IMG/VR virus record: IMGVR_UViG_3300030329_001437
Span: 1 to 55,390 of that record
Origin: a virus
Lineage: Duplodnaviria > Caudoviricetes
Reading direction: 5' to 3' (one strand)
Length of the DNA: 55,390 nucleotides
Shown here: positions 54,770-55,390 of the stretch, piece after piece
Layout: each line of letters begins with the position of its first letter
Numbering within the stretch: position 1 is the stretch's first letter
Made by a program: the position numbers and the translations under genes
The notes under the pieces: generated by a model
Database searches by the model: none
The model's input: only the letters and a program-made list of their open reading frames with translations
What the model was told of the DNA's origin: nothing

Positions 54770-55276
54770 ATGGCTCAGACGACTTTCGCTGGCCCCGTTA
54801 GATCACTCGCAGGTCTTATTAATGCTGGATACAATGGTGTTGTTAGTTTAACAGCTAATACAACAATTACTGTTGCTGATCATGCAGGACGACCACTTCT
54901 TTGTAACGATGCAGACGGTGTTTTTACACTACCTAGTATTGTTGTTACAGAACCTACTGATAAAGGTTCTCCAAGTCAAACAGCCAATTTAGGTGCACAG
55001 TTTACATTTATAGTTGTAACAGCTGCTACTGACATGGACATCGTAACGGACGGTACTGACAAATTTGTTGGTGGAGTTTACACAGGCGTAGATGACGCCA
55101 CAGGTAAGACTTTCATCTCAGGTGCTTCTAACGATGTGATTACTCTAAATGGCAGCACTAAAGGCGGTCTTGCAGGAAGCATCATAAGAGTAACCGCTAT
55201 AGCAAGTGCAAAATACGCAGTAGAGGGTATAACTCTTGGCTCAGGCACACTTGTTACTCCGTTTGCAGACGCTTAA
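54770..55276 (+). CDS. Putative virion structural protein
   Basis: Thr/Gly/Ala-rich beta protein after the MCP; AAGGAGG RBS. Confidence 0.65.
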   Translation: MAQTTFAGPVRSLAGLINAGYNGVVSLTANTTITVADHAGRPLLCNDADGVFTLPSIVVTEPTDKGSPSQTANLGAQFTFIVVTAATDMDIVTDGTDKFVGGVYTGVDDATGKTFISGASNDVITLNGSTKGGLAGSIIRVTAIASAKYAVEGITLGSGTLVTPFADA

Positions 55277-55293
55277 TACGGGAGTAAATTGAT

Positions 55294-55390
55294 ATGGCAG
55301 ATGCAGTTACCAGTACAACTATTATTGATGGTACGCATAGAGCAGTCATCCAGATAACTAACCTTAGCGACAGTACTGGTGAAAGTGCTG
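55294..55390 (+). CDS. Partial ORF (MADAVTSTTIIDG...), 3'-truncated
   Basis: GGAG RBS; open to the window end. Confidence 0.6.
   Translation, partial: MADAVTSTTIIDGTHRAVIQITNLSDSTGESA

Noticed and set aside
54669-54851. 60-aa ORF after the MCP
   Set aside because: Starts in the terminator loop, crosses the structured RNA and overlaps the real gene out of frame.
1-55390. Stop-codon reassignment, tRNA genes, integrase, phage RNA polymerase
   Set aside because: Core genes are full length in the standard code and use all three stop codons. No tRNA cloverleaf, recombinase or RNAP motif was recognised by eye. The missing part of the genome cannot be assessed.

Overview
Most of the genome of a tailed dsDNA phage, probably podovirus-like and marine-type. 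The host is Gram-negative (spanin pair), possibly a gammaproteobacterium (SutA-like gene). The window appears circularly permuted: it opens inside a tail fibre gene and ends just after the major capsid gene. Order: tail fibre, 2OG oxygenase, lysis cassette, tail and internal virion genes (1-18.2 kb); reverse-strand SNF2 helicase; replication block (SSB-like, primase-like, SF1 helicase); a promoter-led nucleotide-modification operon (DenV-like, SAM methyltransferase, aGPT-Pplase1-like, dUMP hydroxymethylase-like, Nmad1-like) coupled to a family A DNA polymerase; many small early genes behind a repeated sigma70-like promoter; small terminase followed by an unusual repeat and G-quadruplex region; large terminase, portal, GroES, scaffold and capsid. 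No RNA polymerase, integrase, tRNA or CRISPR array was recognised. Best leads: (1) a probable thymidine hypermodification pathway with a methyltransferase but no visible kinase; (2) two inverted ~140-bp TAATAG-box elements 20.6 kb apart; (3) GANN and TAGN 4-nt-period arrays plus G4 motifs after terS; (4) a shared GG motif across internal virion proteins; (5) two structured non-coding RNA candidates. All family assignments come from motif recognition by eye; no database search was run.
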